A program made the translations under genes and the position numbers. The notes under the pieces were generated by a model. That model was not told where the DNA came from, did not search any database, and was given only the letters and a program-made list of their open reading frames with translations. From Alphaproteobacteria bacterium (GTDB lineage Bacteria > Pseudomonadota > Alphaproteobacteria > Sphingomonadales > Emcibacteraceae), in assembly GCA_013152755.1 (NCBI GenBank), contig JAADFR010000097.1, forward strand, positions 1,316-65,315: a stretch of DNA of 64,000 bases. The letters are read 5' to 3'. Positions 8,824 through 18,335 of the stretch are shown here, in pieces; position 1 is the stretch's first letter, and every line of letters starts with the position of its first letter.

Positions 8824-10172
8824 ACATCTTTAGCACCAGCTTTGCCCGCCTGACCCTTGTCTATATGGCCGTGATTACGGTGGTCGGGACAGGGATATTA
8901 TATTGGTCCTATGATGCGTTTCTGGAACAATCGCGGGATAATATCAACCATCTTGTTGATACGGATATGGCCGGGCTGGTCTCACGCTATTATGATAGCG
9001 GGGATATGGAGCTTGCCCGGCATATCTCATCTGCCTTGGATTTGACGTCCCTTGACAATCCCCGGCAGATTTATCTGTTTCTTTCGCCCGAGGGCAAAAA
9101 ACTGGCCGGAAATCTAAAGAGTTGGCCCAATGGTATCATGCCTGATGCCAGCCTGAAATTGCTCAATATTTCAACAGCCCCTGAGCCTCAAAGCATTTTC
9201 GCCAAAGCAACCCTGCTGTCCGATGGCTATAGAATACTGGTTGGCCGGGACGCCGGGGCCTATCATATTCTTCAGCAACGCATGTTCAATAATCTTTTAA
9301 TCGGTTTTGGCCTCTTTCTAAGCACAGGGCTTGGTATCGGCCTGCTGGCGGCCTGGGCCTTTCTACGCCGGATTAACGGGCTTAATCAGCTCTGTCAGGA
9401 TGTGGAGAATGGCGACCTTTCCGCCCGCGTCCCCCTCTGGAAAAGACGGGACGAGATTGATACATTGGGCCGGGGGCTTAATGGGATGCTGGACCGGATT
9501 TCAGCTTTGCTGACCCTGCACAAGCAAACTGCGGACAATATCGCCCATGAAATTCGCTCCCCGCTGATGCGTCTGAATGCCATCATTGAGCAGGGGGAGA
9601 AAAAGCAAGATATTACCGCCGACAGCGCCGAGCTGGCCCGCCGCCAAATAGAAGACAGTGTCACCCTGCTGGATAAACTGCTGGATATTTCCCGTATCGA
9701 GGCCACTGAAAAAGACAGGTCATCCTTTGCCGACACCAATTTCAGCCAATTGCTTGAAAATATTGCCGAACTCTATGCCCCGCTGGCAGAGGAGAAAGCG
9801 CTTAATCTTTCCGTTATCACAGAGGATAACATCCATATTTCAGGTCTGGAACAAAATCTGTCCCGCCTATGCGCCAACCTGATCGATAATGCCCTGAAAT
9901 TTGCCCGGACAAAGGTCGAACTGACCCTCAAAAAAAACGGTGACAAATTTATCCTGTCTATCAGTGACGACGGTCCCGGCATTGACCCACATTTACAGGA
10001 CCGCATATTCGAGCGCTTCACCACGGGAAATAATGAACATCAGGCCGGCACAGGCCTGGGCCTAGCTCTGGTAAAGGCCATTGCCGACCAACATAAGATG
10101 ACCATTGATATTTCGAGCAATTCAAAGGGTACAAGCCTTACATTGACATCATATTCTCTTTGTACGCCGTAA
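8820..10172 (+). CDS. Sensor histidine kinase (two TM helices, HAMP, HisKA, HATPase_c)
   Basis: The TTG start overlaps the regulator stop (TTGA). H-box NIAHEIRSPL, N-box LIDNALKFA, G-boxes DDGPGI and GTGLGLALV. Confidence 0.9.
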   Translation: MNIFSTSFARLTLVYMAVITVVGTGILYWSYDAFLEQSRDNINHLVDTDMAGLVSRYYDSGDMELARHISSALDLTSLDNPRQIYLFLSPEGKKLAGNLKSWPNGIMPDASLKLLNISTAPEPQSIFAKATLLSDGYRILVGRDAGAYHILQQRMFNNLLIGFGLFLSTGLGIGLLAAWAFLRRINGLNQLCQDVENGDLSARVPLWKRRDEIDTLGRGLNGMLDRISALLTLHKQTADNIAHEIRSPLMRLNAIIEQGEKKQDITADSAELARRQIEDSVTLLDKLLDISRIEATEKDRSSFADTNFSQLLENIAELYAPLAEEKALNLSVITEDNIHISGLEQNLSRLCANLIDNALKFARTKVELTLKKNGDKFILSISDDGPGIDPHLQDRIFERFTTGNNEHQAGTGLGLALVKAIADQHKMTIDISSNSKGTSLTLTSYSLCTP

Positions 10173-10548
10173 CGCCTAATTCCGTAATTTCTGCGCAAAC
10201 GCATCTGGTCAGATTTAATTTACGGCCCCAAAACCCGCAACAGCTATAAGAAAACACCTGTGCCTGATCCCCTGTCAGAATTCTTTACAGGTTTATTGAT
10301 AGTTTTTTTAGCCGGGAAATATTTTTATCTAATAAAAACAACGGCTTACCTTTTATTATACCTTATATGAGGTATGAAAAAAACTTTACACATTCATATG
10401 CTGACCTCCAGAATTTGGCCTAAAACCGTGGGTTTCCGCTATTTTGCATAACTGGCACGGCGCTTGCTTAGTAGGGTTATGTTTTCCGTAAGACCAACCG
10501 AGGGTAACTTTCAAGCCCTTTACGCACAAATGAATACAGGAGTTTAGT

Positions 10549-11205
10549 ATGTTTTTTAAAAAATTATCTTTATCGTTACTGGTCAGCCTGGGTCTGTCCT
10601 CTGCCGCGATGGCCGGACCGATCATTAATCCACTGGCGGCGGATTTACCATCGGCCAGCTATACCGCTTCTTCTACCTACCTGCCGGGAAGTAGCGTCTA
10701 TCTAGCAGAAAACGCCTTTAACGGCACGGGATACTGGAATGCAGGCAATTATGGCTGGGCCTGGATACAGGCGGATATGGGTGATATTCAAACCATCACC
10801 GAAATTAAAATACAAACGGCACAATCACCAAATGGTGTGACCCAATATCAGGTTTTTCTTTCTGATACATTTATCGGCGCCGGTTATGGTGCCTTGACCC
10901 CAATATTCAGCCATGTGGGGTCTACCACACACGGCACGATTATAGATGCTGTCCTCAGCACACCGCAAACCGGGCGTTTCCTGCAAATCCTCAGCAACGG
11001 CGGGCCAAGCTGGACCGCGTTGGGTGATGTTAATGGGCGTATCAACTGGACACAGCCACAGGTTCAAACAACCAGCGGCGGCGGCACCACAAACGGCGGT
11101 AGCACCAATGTTCCCGAACCTGATATGATGTTGCTCCTGACTTTAGGCCTGATGGGTATTGGTTATGCCCGTAAACGGAAATTAGCCCAATCCGTAACAT
11201 CATAA
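10549..11205 (+). CDS. PEP-CTERM sorting-domain protein with discoidin (F5/8 type C)-like domain
   Basis: Signal peptide MFFKKLSLSLLVSLGLSSAAMA. Central AENAFNGTGYWNAGNYGWAWIQADMG resembles discoidin domains. C-terminal VPEP + hydrophobic stretch + RKRK (VPEPDMMLLLTLGLMGIGYARKRK). Confidence 0.85.
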   Translation: MFFKKLSLSLLVSLGLSSAAMAGPIINPLAADLPSASYTASSTYLPGSSVYLAENAFNGTGYWNAGNYGWAWIQADMGDIQTITEIKIQTAQSPNGVTQYQVFLSDTFIGAGYGALTPIFSHVGSTTHGTIIDAVLSTPQTGRFLQILSNGGPSWTALGDVNGRINWTQPQVQTTSGGGTTNGGSTNVPEPDMMLLLTLGLMGIGYARKRKLAQSVTS

Positions 11206-11220
11206 CTTTCACAATACAGG

Positions 11221-11285
11221 TTCAGCGTTTTTTGATTTACCGTCATTGTTTTAATATAAAACAATAGAAATCAAATAACGCTGAA
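11221..11285. other. Long imperfect AT-rich hairpin 16 nt downstream of the PEP-CTERM gene
   Basis: Outer arms TTCAGCGTTTTTTGATTT (11221-11238) and AAATCAAATAACGCTGAA (11268-11285) pair at 17 of 18 positions. Inner arms ATTGTTTTA and TAAAACAAT. A second small hairpin CTGAATC/GATTCAG (11281-11300) shares the CTGAA bases. Confidence 0.6.
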
Positions 11286-11513
11286 TCCTCATTGATTCAG
11301 AGATGGACTTTGGAGGTATTACCCTAAGATCAAAAATGAAGGAAATTCAGCCGCCGACACGTTGGTCGGTGAATGAGGGAGGCTGATCTATTGGAAAGAC
11401 GATTTAATGTGAATCATTTGAACCAATATTGGGCGGGTCTAAATTCTTCTACCCATTCATCAAAGCTCATGGTTACCTAAATGGTTTGTGCGGTACTGGT
11501 TCTAGCAACAGAA

Positions 11514-11546
11514 AAGCCATTAATAATTGTTTATTATTAATGGCTT
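11514..11546 (+). terminator. Perfect 14-bp stem hairpin, possible intrinsic terminator
   Basis: AAGCCATTAATAAT-TGTTT-ATTATTAATGGCTT followed by AATTATTATTT. It lies in a 544-bp gap with no long ORF. Confidence 0.35.
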
Positions 11547-11749
11547 AATTATTATTTGCGAGAGCGCACAACTACAGCTGCAATACTATAGAATCAGCCT
11601 AACTACTATTATTAGTAGCCTGTGCAGGGTATGATTTCTTGTCGCGCCCTCCTAATGATTTAGCATTCCTACCAATTATTACTTTTGCTTGTGACACGTT
11701 ATTATCGTCATAATGCGGCCAAATCAAATTAAGTTTGGGAGAGCAGGTA

Positions 11750-13315
11750 ATGAGAATTGGCGTTGATGTGGGCGGCACAAATACTGATGCGGTGTTAATG
11801 GATGGCCGCGCGGTTATTGCAACCCAGAAAACCCCGACAACGGCAAATGTAAGTGATGGTATTGTTAATGCCATTACCTCTGTTCTTGTTCAATCGGCAA
11901 CTCCCTCGGAGAAAATACAATGTGTCATGATTGGTACGACGCAATTTACCAACGCATTTGTTGAGCGGCGTAATTTGGTAGAAGTCGGCATCATCCGGCT
12001 TAGCTTGCCCGCATCACGGGGTATCCCGCCGCTCACAGACTGGCCCGAGGATATTCAGGCTGTTATCGGCAATAACATGCATATGGTCCGGGGCGGGTAT
12101 CAATATGATGGTCGCATTAACAGTGAGCTTGATGAAAAAGCAATTCTTGAAGCCGCGCGAAAATTAAAGAAAAAAGGCATCAAGGCCATTGCCATATCTG
12201 GTTTATTTTCCCCGATCAATAACGCTATGGAGGAACGGGCAGAAGAGATTATCCTGAATGAAATCCCCGGCAGCATTGTAACCCTGTCATCACGTATTGG
12301 CAGAATCGGCCTGATAGAGCGGGAAAATGCGGCCATTATGAATGCAAGCCTCGCCGATCTTTCTCTGAAAATAGTGTCGTCTTTTCGTCTGGCTCTGGAG
12401 GAGCTGGGCATCACAGCCCCTTTTTATATCAGCCAGAATGACGGCACGCTTATGAAGGCGGAATTTGTTGAAAAATATCCCGTTTTAACTTTTGCATCAG
12501 GGCCAACGAACAGTATGCGCGGGGCCGCCTATTTATCAGGCATCGAAAATGCGCTGGTCGCGGATATTGGGGGAACGACCACCGATATTGGCATGTTGAT
12601 GAACGGTTTTCCCCGTGAATCATCCCTTACCGTTGATATTGGCGGTGTCAGAACAAATTTTCGCATGCCGGATATTCTGGCCATCGGCCTGGGCGGGGGG
12701 TCAATTATCAAACCGGAGGGGGGCTTAAAAGTCGGTCCGCAATCTGTTGGCTTTAAATTAACAGAAGAAGCCATGATCTTTGGCGGCGAAACACTAACAG
12801 CGAGCGATATTGCGGTTGCCGCAGGTTACGCAAATTTTGGAGACCCGGCGCGGGTCAAAGGACTTTCATCAAAAACCATATCCGATGCAGTCAGCCGCAT
12901 CCATGAGATTGTGACAGAGGGAATTGACAAGATGAAGACCAATGCCGATCCGGTTCCGCTTATTCTTGTCGGCGGCGGGGCAATATTGATTGATCGGGAT
13001 ATTGCCGGAACGTCAGAAGTGATTACCCATGAGCATGGCGGGGTGGCCAATGCTATTGGCGCTTCGATAGCACAGGTGGGCGGTGATATTGACCGCGTGG
13101 TTTCCTATGACCTTCAGGGAAGAGACAGCGCCCTGGCCGATGCAAAAGCCGAAGCCATAGAGGCGGCAATCGCATCAGGAGCAGAGCCGGAGACTATTCA
13201 AGTGATCGATATTGAAGAAATTCCCCTTTCTTATGTTCCCGGGGGTGCCGTCCGGTTACGCATTAAAGTCGCAGGGGATTTGAATTTGGATAATATTGCG
13301 AGGGCAGGAAAATGA
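11750..13315 (+). CDS. Hydantoinase/oxoprolinase family protein (short HyuA-like, about 520 aa)
   Basis: MRIGVDVGGTNTDAVLMDG is the ASKHA-fold N-terminal motif of the HyuA/OplA family. I prefer the ATG at 11750 to the track TTG at 11735. A second phosphate motif is ADIGGTTTDIG. Confidence 0.85.
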   Translation: MRIGVDVGGTNTDAVLMDGRAVIATQKTPTTANVSDGIVNAITSVLVQSATPSEKIQCVMIGTTQFTNAFVERRNLVEVGIIRLSLPASRGIPPLTDWPEDIQAVIGNNMHMVRGGYQYDGRINSELDEKAILEAARKLKKKGIKAIAISGLFSPINNAMEERAEEIILNEIPGSIVTLSSRIGRIGLIERENAAIMNASLADLSLKIVSSFRLALEELGITAPFYISQNDGTLMKAEFVEKYPVLTFASGPTNSMRGAAYLSGIENALVADIGGTTTDIGMLMNGFPRESSLTVDIGGVRTNFRMPDILAIGLGGGSIIKPEGGLKVGPQSVGFKLTEEAMIFGGETLTASDIAVAAGYANFGDPARVKGLSSKTISDAVSRIHEIVTEGIDKMKTNADPVPLILVGGGAILIDRDIAGTSEVITHEHGGVANAIGASIAQVGGDIDRVVSYDLQGRDSALADAKAEAIEAAIASGAEPETIQVIDIEEIPLSYVPGGAVRLRIKVAGDLNLDNIARAGK

Positions 13316-14403
13316 AAATAGAATTAAGTGACCTTGAGGATTTTGCCCGTGGTGCCGCCTTTCTGGGAACCGGCGGCGGCGGTGATCCTTATATTGGGCG
13401 GCTATTGGCCACACATGCCATTAAAGAATTTGGCACCCCAAAAATAATTGACCCGGAAGACTTGGCCGATGATGCCCTTGTCTTTGCCATTGCCATGTTG
13501 GGTGCGCCAACGGTTTTGGTGGAGAAAGCCGCCTGCGGCGATGATATTGATCTGGCCATAGACAAGCTGTCAGAACGGCTGGGGCGCAGGCCGGATGCTT
13601 TGATCCCCATAGAAATCGGCGGCATAAACTCCACCATTCCGATTGTTGCCTCTGCAAGGAGTGGAATTCCACTGGTAAATGCAGATGGTATGGGCCGCGC
13701 ATTTCCCGAAATACAAATGGTGACATTCAATGTATATGGTTATCCTCCGGCGCCTTTATCCATCGTGGATGAACATTTGAACGCAGTTGTTGTCGATGCA
13801 AAAGACGCCAAAACAGCCGAAGATCTGGTTCGTTCCGTTGCCATTCAGATGGGCCTTAGCGTCATGACGGCAAATTACCCGATCTCTGGCTCTGTCGTTA
13901 AGAAATATGCCGTTAAGCATACGCTGACGCTGGCCCTTGAAATTGGACGTGCCATAAGCCGTGGTCGCGCGCAAGGTGAACCGGTGGACAGTTTGCTGGC
14001 ATATCTGGGCTCAACCGAATATTATAAACATTGTAAAATATTGTTTGATGGCAAAATAGTGGACATTAAAAGGGAAACGACCAAAGGTTTTTCTGTCGGA
14101 CATTGCCGGATTGATCCCCTGACCGGCGACGGGGACAGTATGGAAATTATATTTCAGAATGAAAATCTGGTCGCCAAGGTTAAGGACAAGCTTTTGGCCA
14201 TGGTTCCGGATTTAGTATGTGTGGTTGACCGGGAAACGGCCGAACCCATCCCCGTAGAGGCACTTCGGTATGGACAGCGTGTAAAAATAATCGGGGCGAG
14301 TGTCCCCCCGGTTATGCGTACCCCTGAGGCAATAAAAATATTCGGGCCGCGTGCTTTTGGTTTTGAGGAGGATTATGTCCCTATTGAAAATATTTCCATG
14401 TAA
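13312..14403 (+). CDS. DUF917 family protein (usual partner of short hydantoinases)
   Basis: The start overlaps the upstream stop (ATGA). N-terminal GAAFLGTGGGGDPYIG matches what I recall of DUF917 proteins. Confidence 0.75.
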   Translation: MKIELSDLEDFARGAAFLGTGGGGDPYIGRLLATHAIKEFGTPKIIDPEDLADDALVFAIAMLGAPTVLVEKAACGDDIDLAIDKLSERLGRRPDALIPIEIGGINSTIPIVASARSGIPLVNADGMGRAFPEIQMVTFNVYGYPPAPLSIVDEHLNAVVVDAKDAKTAEDLVRSVAIQMGLSVMTANYPISGSVVKKYAVKHTLTLALEIGRAISRGRAQGEPVDSLLAYLGSTEYYKHCKILFDGKIVDIKRETTKGFSVGHCRIDPLTGDGDSMEIIFQNENLVAKVKDKLLAMVPDLVCVVDRETAEPIPVEALRYGQRVKIIGASVPPVMRTPEAIKIFGPRAFGFEEDYVPIENISM

Positions 14404-14427
14404 CCGTTCCGCCAAGGAAATTGACTG

Positions 14428-17184
14428 GTGATAACGCCGCGTTATACTGGTTATATGAACGAAAATGATGACACAGGGGAGCAGGGTTTAAGTTCTTGGC
14501 TGGTAGCGGCCAAGGTTATGCCGCCCAAAAGCCACATCACGCTCGCAGAACGCAAACACGTCCTTGATATTTTGCGCCGTAATCAGGAAAACGCCATCAC
14601 TATTATGGAAGCAACCGGCGGGTTCGGCAAAACCACATTGCTGGCCCTATGGCGCATGAAGCTTTTGGATATGGGCCATTCTGTGGCGTGGGTGACCCTT
14701 GATTCTGAAGATACCGCAAGCACACTCATTACCTATTTTGCCTATGCCTTTCAGACAGCCGGTTTGGATATGACGCAATCCAATTTCCTGACAATCGGCA
14801 GTTCCCCGCCCCTGAATCCCCTGCATCAGGTAAATATCCTCATAAATCTGTTGCAAAATATTGACCAGAAAATTTTTCTTATGCTGGACGATGTTGACCG
14901 ATTGAATGATCCGGAGGCCCTGAAAATACTGAATATGATAATCCGTCATGCGCCGGAGAATCTTCATATTGCCCTAGCCTATAGGCAAAACCCCGGCATA
15001 GCCTTAAGTAATTTTCTACTGGATGGGTCGGCCATAAGAATTACGGCTCTGGATTTGCGCTTTTCTTATGATGAAATAGATGATTTCTTTGAGGGGCGAT
15101 TGTCAAAACAGGAAATGGAAACCATTCAGGAACGCTCGGAAGGCTGGCCTGTGGCGTTACGTTTGATGAAAAGGGAAATTGATAATAATTGGGCTTATAT
15201 AGACAAAATCCGCCATTTCTCTGGCGGGCGGGGGTTGGTTTCTGAATATTTCAATGAGCAATTATTTCTGCGTTTAAGTGAGGGAGAAAAGACTTTTCTG
15301 CTGGATATATCTATTCTGGAATGGCTAGAAGCTCCCTTGATTGATGCGGTAAGAGAAACAACCAACGCCAGCTATATTTTAAATGAAATACTCCATTTGG
15401 AAGGTATAATCGTTCCTCTGGAAGGGAGAGATGATACCTATAGGTTGCATGCTTTATTCAGGGATTTTTTGATTGATTTATATAAGGCGAAAAAGCCGGA
15501 AAGATTTTTCAATCTCCATCGCAAAGCCGCAAAAATTTTAGCCCTTAGAAACAGGCTGCTTACCGCATTACGTCATGCAACCCTGGCCGGGGATAAAATC
15601 CTCACAGGTGAAATCCTTGAACAGGCAGGTGGTATAAAATTGTGGGTCAGAGAGGGGATGACGCGGCTCATACCGGCAAACCAGATGATCGATGATGACA
15701 TTATCAAGCTCTTTCCCCGGCTCGGATTGTTACGGTGTATTGTCTTGATCAAAACGGGCCGAATCAAGGATGCTCAGGCCCTGTACCGTCAAATAGAGGA
15801 AGAAACCTCCGGCTTTCAAGAGGATAGAATAGGCGGAGATAATAATGCCTTATATATGGATCATACGGTCATCCGCTCCATGCTTGCGGCCTATGCCGGC
15901 CTGCCCTTGGGCCATGAATTGATTTCTTTGGTATCCAATGAAATCAACAATATACAGGATGTGGAATCCAGTGTGATCGGGTTTTATAACAATATGCTCT
16001 GTCTTGCCAAATACCAGAGAGCAGAATTTTCCGAGGCCTGGTTTCACGGGCAGGAAGCAGAAAATTACTTTGAAAAAATAGGGTCCGAATATGGCAAAAT
16101 ATTCATTGGTTTCCATTTCGGCGCCATTGCCATGGCCCAGGGAAAGGCCTCGGACGCTGCGGATTATATTGCAAGGGCTTCAAGAAATGCGCACCGTTTC
16201 TTTCCAACCGATAAAGAACCCCGCTTGATAGGGGAAATATTGACGGCGGAATTGAAACTTGAGAAAAATGATTTAAAAGACTTGGCGGGTAAGTTTGAGG
16301 GTATTACCAAACGTCTCTATGAAAGTGAGGCATGGTTCGATGTTTACGCAATAGCCTATAGTGTCGCGGTTGAATTGATTGCGGCACAGGGTATCAAAGA
16401 CATGGAAGAATTTCTGAAGGATGCGATCGAACGCGCCGAAGAAAAAGGCCTGCCCAAACTGATTAATTTCCTTGTGGCCTTGCAGATTAATGCCCTGGTT
16501 CTGGCAGGACAGACGGATAAGGCGCAATTGCTTTATACCAAATCTGAAATTCCAAAGACCATAGAGGAAATTTTGAATTTTGAGCATAATTCCTGGCGGG
16601 AAGTGGAGGTATATTCCTTCTGCTTCCTATCGATCAAAATGGAATTATCTCTATATGATGACGCCCGCAATATGCTTGCCGCGTTTTTAACTCTGTCCAA
16701 GGAAAAGAATCTTGTTCGCTCTCACATCCGCTGTCTGGTTTTTGCTGCAAGGTTGGAAGAAAAAGAGAATGATAGAACTTTGGCTTATTCTTATATAGAG
16801 AAAGCTTTGAAATATTCGGTTCAAAATGATTATATCAGGCCATTCATTCGTGGCGGGGAACCCATCAAACATCTTATCAACAGCTATAAAAAAATAGATG
16901 ATGTGGATAATGAACTGACGTCTCAGATCGATAATATTACCGCCCATTTTAAGGCTTCTCAAAAAACGGATGCGTCCAGAATAATGTTCAGCCTAAAAGA
17001 AATAGAAATCCTGCAAGGGCTTAATCAAGGCCTTCAGGATAAAATGATCGCCTTGAATTTAGGGGTCACCCCGCACGCCGTGCGCTACCATCTGAAAAAC
17101 ATCTATACAAAGACAAAGGCCTCAAACAGAATGCAGGCCGTCAATCGGGCAAAAGAGCTCAATGTCATTTCTGACGTTATCTGA
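14428..17184 (+). CDS. MalT/LAL-type large ATP-binding LuxR-family regulator
   Basis: 918 aa. Walker A TGGFGKTTL near the N-terminus, Walker B-like FLMLDDVD, a long helical (TPR-like) middle region, and a C-terminal LuxR HTH EIEILQGLNQGLQDKMIALNLGVTPHAVRYHLKNIYTK. GTG start at 14428; an alternative ATG at 14455. Confidence 0.85.
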   Translation: MITPRYTGYMNENDDTGEQGLSSWLVAAKVMPPKSHITLAERKHVLDILRRNQENAITIMEATGGFGKTTLLALWRMKLLDMGHSVAWVTLDSEDTASTLITYFAYAFQTAGLDMTQSNFLTIGSSPPLNPLHQVNILINLLQNIDQKIFLMLDDVDRLNDPEALKILNMIIRHAPENLHIALAYRQNPGIALSNFLLDGSAIRITALDLRFSYDEIDDFFEGRLSKQEMETIQERSEGWPVALRLMKREIDNNWAYIDKIRHFSGGRGLVSEYFNEQLFLRLSEGEKTFLLDISILEWLEAPLIDAVRETTNASYILNEILHLEGIIVPLEGRDDTYRLHALFRDFLIDLYKAKKPERFFNLHRKAAKILALRNRLLTALRHATLAGDKILTGEILEQAGGIKLWVREGMTRLIPANQMIDDDIIKLFPRLGLLRCIVLIKTGRIKDAQALYRQIEEETSGFQEDRIGGDNNALYMDHTVIRSMLAAYAGLPLGHELISLVSNEINNIQDVESSVIGFYNNMLCLAKYQRAEFSEAWFHGQEAENYFEKIGSEYGKIFIGFHFGAIAMAQGKASDAADYIARASRNAHRFFPTDKEPRLIGEILTAELKLEKNDLKDLAGKFEGITKRLYESEAWFDVYAIAYSVAVELIAAQGIKDMEEFLKDAIERAEEKGLPKLINFLVALQINALVLAGQTDKAQLLYTKSEIPKTIEEILNFEHNSWREVEVYSFCFLSIKMELSLYDDARNMLAAFLTLSKEKNLVRSHIRCLVFAARLEEKENDRTLAYSYIEKALKYSVQNDYIRPFIRGGEPIKHLINSYKKIDDVDNELTSQIDNITAHFKASQKTDASRIMFSLKEIEILQGLNQGLQDKMIALNLGVTPHAVRYHLKNIYTKTKASNRMQAVNRAKELNVISDVI

Positions 17185-17353
17185 TAACAATCAACCAAAA
17201 TGTTGGGTACTATCCATTTGAGTAGTCGTAATGTTTTTATAAGCCAGACTGATGACTACTCAATATTTCCCGTTCCTACTTTCTGAAAGTTTTGTATCTG
17301 AACAAAGGTCATGCCACTGTTCCTTATCAACTTATTGGAAGGAATTTAATCTC

Positions 17354-18079
17354 ATGTCAATTGTAATCCACATCATAACGCCAATCATTACAAAGGGTAT
17401 CCGTACATTGGACGATGTCGCTGAATATGCCAGTGATGAGGTCGAATTTCGCCATTCGTTGCTGGACAAAGGCCCGTCTTCCATAGAATGTGAATATGAC
17501 GAGGCCCTTGCCGTACCAGATACAATTAAAAAAGCCATAGAAGCAGAAAAGGCGGGGGCTGATGCCATTGTGATAGATTGCATGGGGGACCCGGGGGTGA
17601 AGGCTGTTCGTGAAGTGGTCTCCATCCCGGTGCTTGGCCCTGCGGAAACGAGTATGCATGTCGCTGCCATGTTGGGGCAAAAATTTACGGTGGTGACCGT
17701 ATTGGACGGCGTTGTGCCAATGATCCATAATTTAGCAAAAGTTTACGGCATAACCGAAAAAATGGCTTCTATTCGGGTTATTAACCTGCCCGTTCTGGAA
17801 ATTGAAAAGAATTTTGAAAAAGCTCAGAGAATGTTGGCCCAGGCCTCACTCGCCGCCATAAAAGAAGATGACGCGGATGTTATTATCTTAGGCTGTACGG
17901 GCTTTTTGGGTTGTGTAGAGAAAATAACAGAACTGCTTATGTCCAATGGACGGGATATTCCTGTAATAGACCCAATCCCCCTGACTGTAATGGCCGCTGT
18001 GACCCTGGTCAAAACAGGATTAAGGCACAGCAAAAAGACCTATGCCCCACCGCGAGATAAGGTAATCGTTGGCTATTAA
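17354..18079 (+). CDS. Asp/Glu/hydantoin racemase family protein
   Basis: Track ORF trimmed to the ATG at 17354 after GGAAGGAA. Two Cys-containing motifs, IVIDCMGDPG and IILGCTGF, are typical of the Asp/Glu/hydantoin racemase family. Confidence 0.8.
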   Translation: MSIVIHIITPIITKGIRTLDDVAEYASDEVEFRHSLLDKGPSSIECEYDEALAVPDTIKKAIEAEKAGADAIVIDCMGDPGVKAVREVVSIPVLGPAETSMHVAAMLGQKFTVVTVLDGVVPMIHNLAKVYGITEKMASIRVINLPVLEIEKNFEKAQRMLAQASLAAIKEDDADVIILGCTGFLGCVEKITELLMSNGRDIPVIDPIPLTVMAAVTLVKTGLRHSKKTYAPPRDKVIVGY

Positions 18080-18335
18080 GGGGATCAATCATGAATATTC
18101 AATCAACAGAGTTACAAATTCAAGAAAACTCTGCCGTTCTCACGGGCGACAGGAAACTACTAAAAATAGTAGTGTTTTATCAGCTTCGATAAATTCTGTG
18201 CCTACTTCTTTTTGTCTCAATCTACCATCTTTACTATTTGCAATAGGGCAAGATGAAACACAAAATATTACTGAATTAAATCAATGAATAGTACCCATAT
18301 TTTATGGATATTACTATCATGTAGGGAGAAGTAAA

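Noticed and set aside
14428-17184. The 918-aa P-loop plus repeat protein as an Avs/STAND-type defence NTPase
   Set aside because: Its output domain is a LuxR HTH rather than a nuclease or protease effector, and it is embedded in a catabolic operon. MalT/LAL-type transcription activator is the simpler reading.
18080-18335. A cobalamin or other riboswitch in the 257-nt leader of the TonB-dependent receptor gene
   Set aside because: I could find no B12-box (GCCACTG-like) or other riboswitch core I recognise. Only a weak 7-bp AT-rich hairpin is present.
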